This document shows positions 34,707-35,294 of a stretch of DNA of 35,294 nt, piece by piece. The DNA lies in IMG/VR virus record IMGVR_UViG_3300025470_000005, positions 1 through 35,294 of that record, one strand, 5' to 3'. Below the pieces are notes generated by a model, which was given only the letters and a program-made list of their open reading frames with translations, searched no databases and was not told the origin of the DNA. The number at the start of each line of letters is the position of its first letter. Within the stretch, counting starts at the first letter, position 1. This DNA is from a virus (Duplodnaviria > Caudoviricetes). The translations under genes and the position numbers were made by a program.

Positions 34707-34999
34707 TAGTCCATTCCCTTTGTTGAGACCTGTTCGCCCACGTCCTCTAGACTTTGTGGTGCGTTGTTTAGTTTAGCAGCCATTGTGTCTGAATGACGTA
34801 CTGTGTTTGGCGCAATAGCTTTATGGTAGTGCAGACTACGTGCGCTTGAATGTTCGCTGTGATGAGCAGTTTTATGAGCAGCCGCACGCTTTTCACTGTA
34901 TGCGATTGCCACTGCTTGAGGTTGTGGCTTGCCAGCAGCTAGCTCGCGTTTGATGTTTTCTCCAAACGCTTGTTTGCTGGTGCTTTTAATTAGTGGCAT
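34706..34999 (-). CDS. Small basic phage protein (QAVAIA family) with His-rich extension
   Basis: MPLIKS.SK.AF.ENIK.E..AGKP..QAVAIAYS; SD AAAGGA. Confidence 0.8.
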   Translation of the reverse strand: MPLIKSTSKQAFGENIKRELAAGKPQPQAVAIAYSEKRAAAHKTAHHSEHSSARSLHYHKAIAPNTVRHSDTMAAKLNNAPQSLEDVGEQVSTKGMD

Positions 35000-35017
35000 T
35001 GCGATATCCTTTATTAT

Positions 35018-35024
35018 TATTTAG
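35018..35024 (-). promoter_or_regulatory. Late-promoter core CTAAATA
   Basis: In the gap upstream of 34706-34999, followed by an SD. Confidence 0.65.
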
Positions 35025-35040
35025 TCTCATTGTTACGGGA

Positions 35041-35289
35041 TCAATTGGCCAAGCCTGGGTAACGTCTCGCGCTGGCACCATAGTTACCTGGGTTTAGGCG
35101 CTCCGTGGCCTTGTCTCCAAACGCACCAGTATCCATGGGACGAGCACTGGCACTCACAATGACCTTGTGATAGTGTTCGCTGCGTTTAGCAACATGCTCG
35201 CTGTGGTTGTTGTCACCCACGTCATGTGTGCTCACACCACTTGGTCTTTGTACGCGGGCCTTGATCTGATTGAGAGGTTTGACTGTCAC
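35041..35289 (-). CDS. His-motif hypothetical protein, 82 aa
   Basis: GTG start overlaps the TerS-candidate stop across the circular junction; HSEH...RSEHYHK. Confidence 0.7.
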   Translation of the reverse strand: MTVKPLNQIKARVQRPSGVSTHDVGDNNHSEHVAKRSEHYHKVIVSASARPMDTGAFGDKATERLNPGNYGASARRYPGLAN

Positions 35290-35294
35290 GACTT
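35196..35294. repeat. 99-bp terminal direct repeat, copy 2
   Basis: Identical to 1-99. Confidence 0.95.

Noticed and set aside
1-35294. Stop-codon reassignment or tRNA genes
   Set aside because: The standard code gives dense, intact ORFs with all three stops in use, and I saw no cloverleaf by eye. tRNAscan-SE would confirm.

Overview
This is very likely a complete, circularised genome of a podovirus-like tailed phage. Positions 1-99 are identical to 35196-35294, giving about 35,195 unique bp. Almost all genes lie on the minus strand. The late/structural block runs from a candidate TerS (91-492) across the junction into small basic/His-rich genes, then TerL, portal, scaffold, a DUF5309-type major capsid protein, adaptor, two Gly-rich tail fibres with partner/chaperone genes, nozzle, ejection proteins and a Dps-like protein. 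A four-gene plus-strand island carries a GNAT, a Q-rich protein, GroES and a small ORF. The early block (622-3887) is made of small genes in cassettes behind repeated sigma70-type promoters that carry a TGTTG-N-CAACA palindrome. A mostly non-coding hub at 4.7-6.1 kb contains several structured-RNA candidates. The main observation is that I recognise no DNA polymerase, primase, helicase, integrase, sigma factor, RNA polymerase or endolysin. Yet nearly every late intergenic gap carries a T4-type late-promoter core, (C/G/A)TAAATA, with no -35 element. In T4 such promoters need gp55, gp33 and the gp45 clamp. My leading hypothesis (inference) is a virion-complete but helper-dependent, virophage-like satellite of a large T4-like phage. 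A second candidate is a ~100-nt late sRNA whose internal loop is complementary to the ribosome-binding sites of two early genes. All family calls are from motif recognition by eye; no searches were run.
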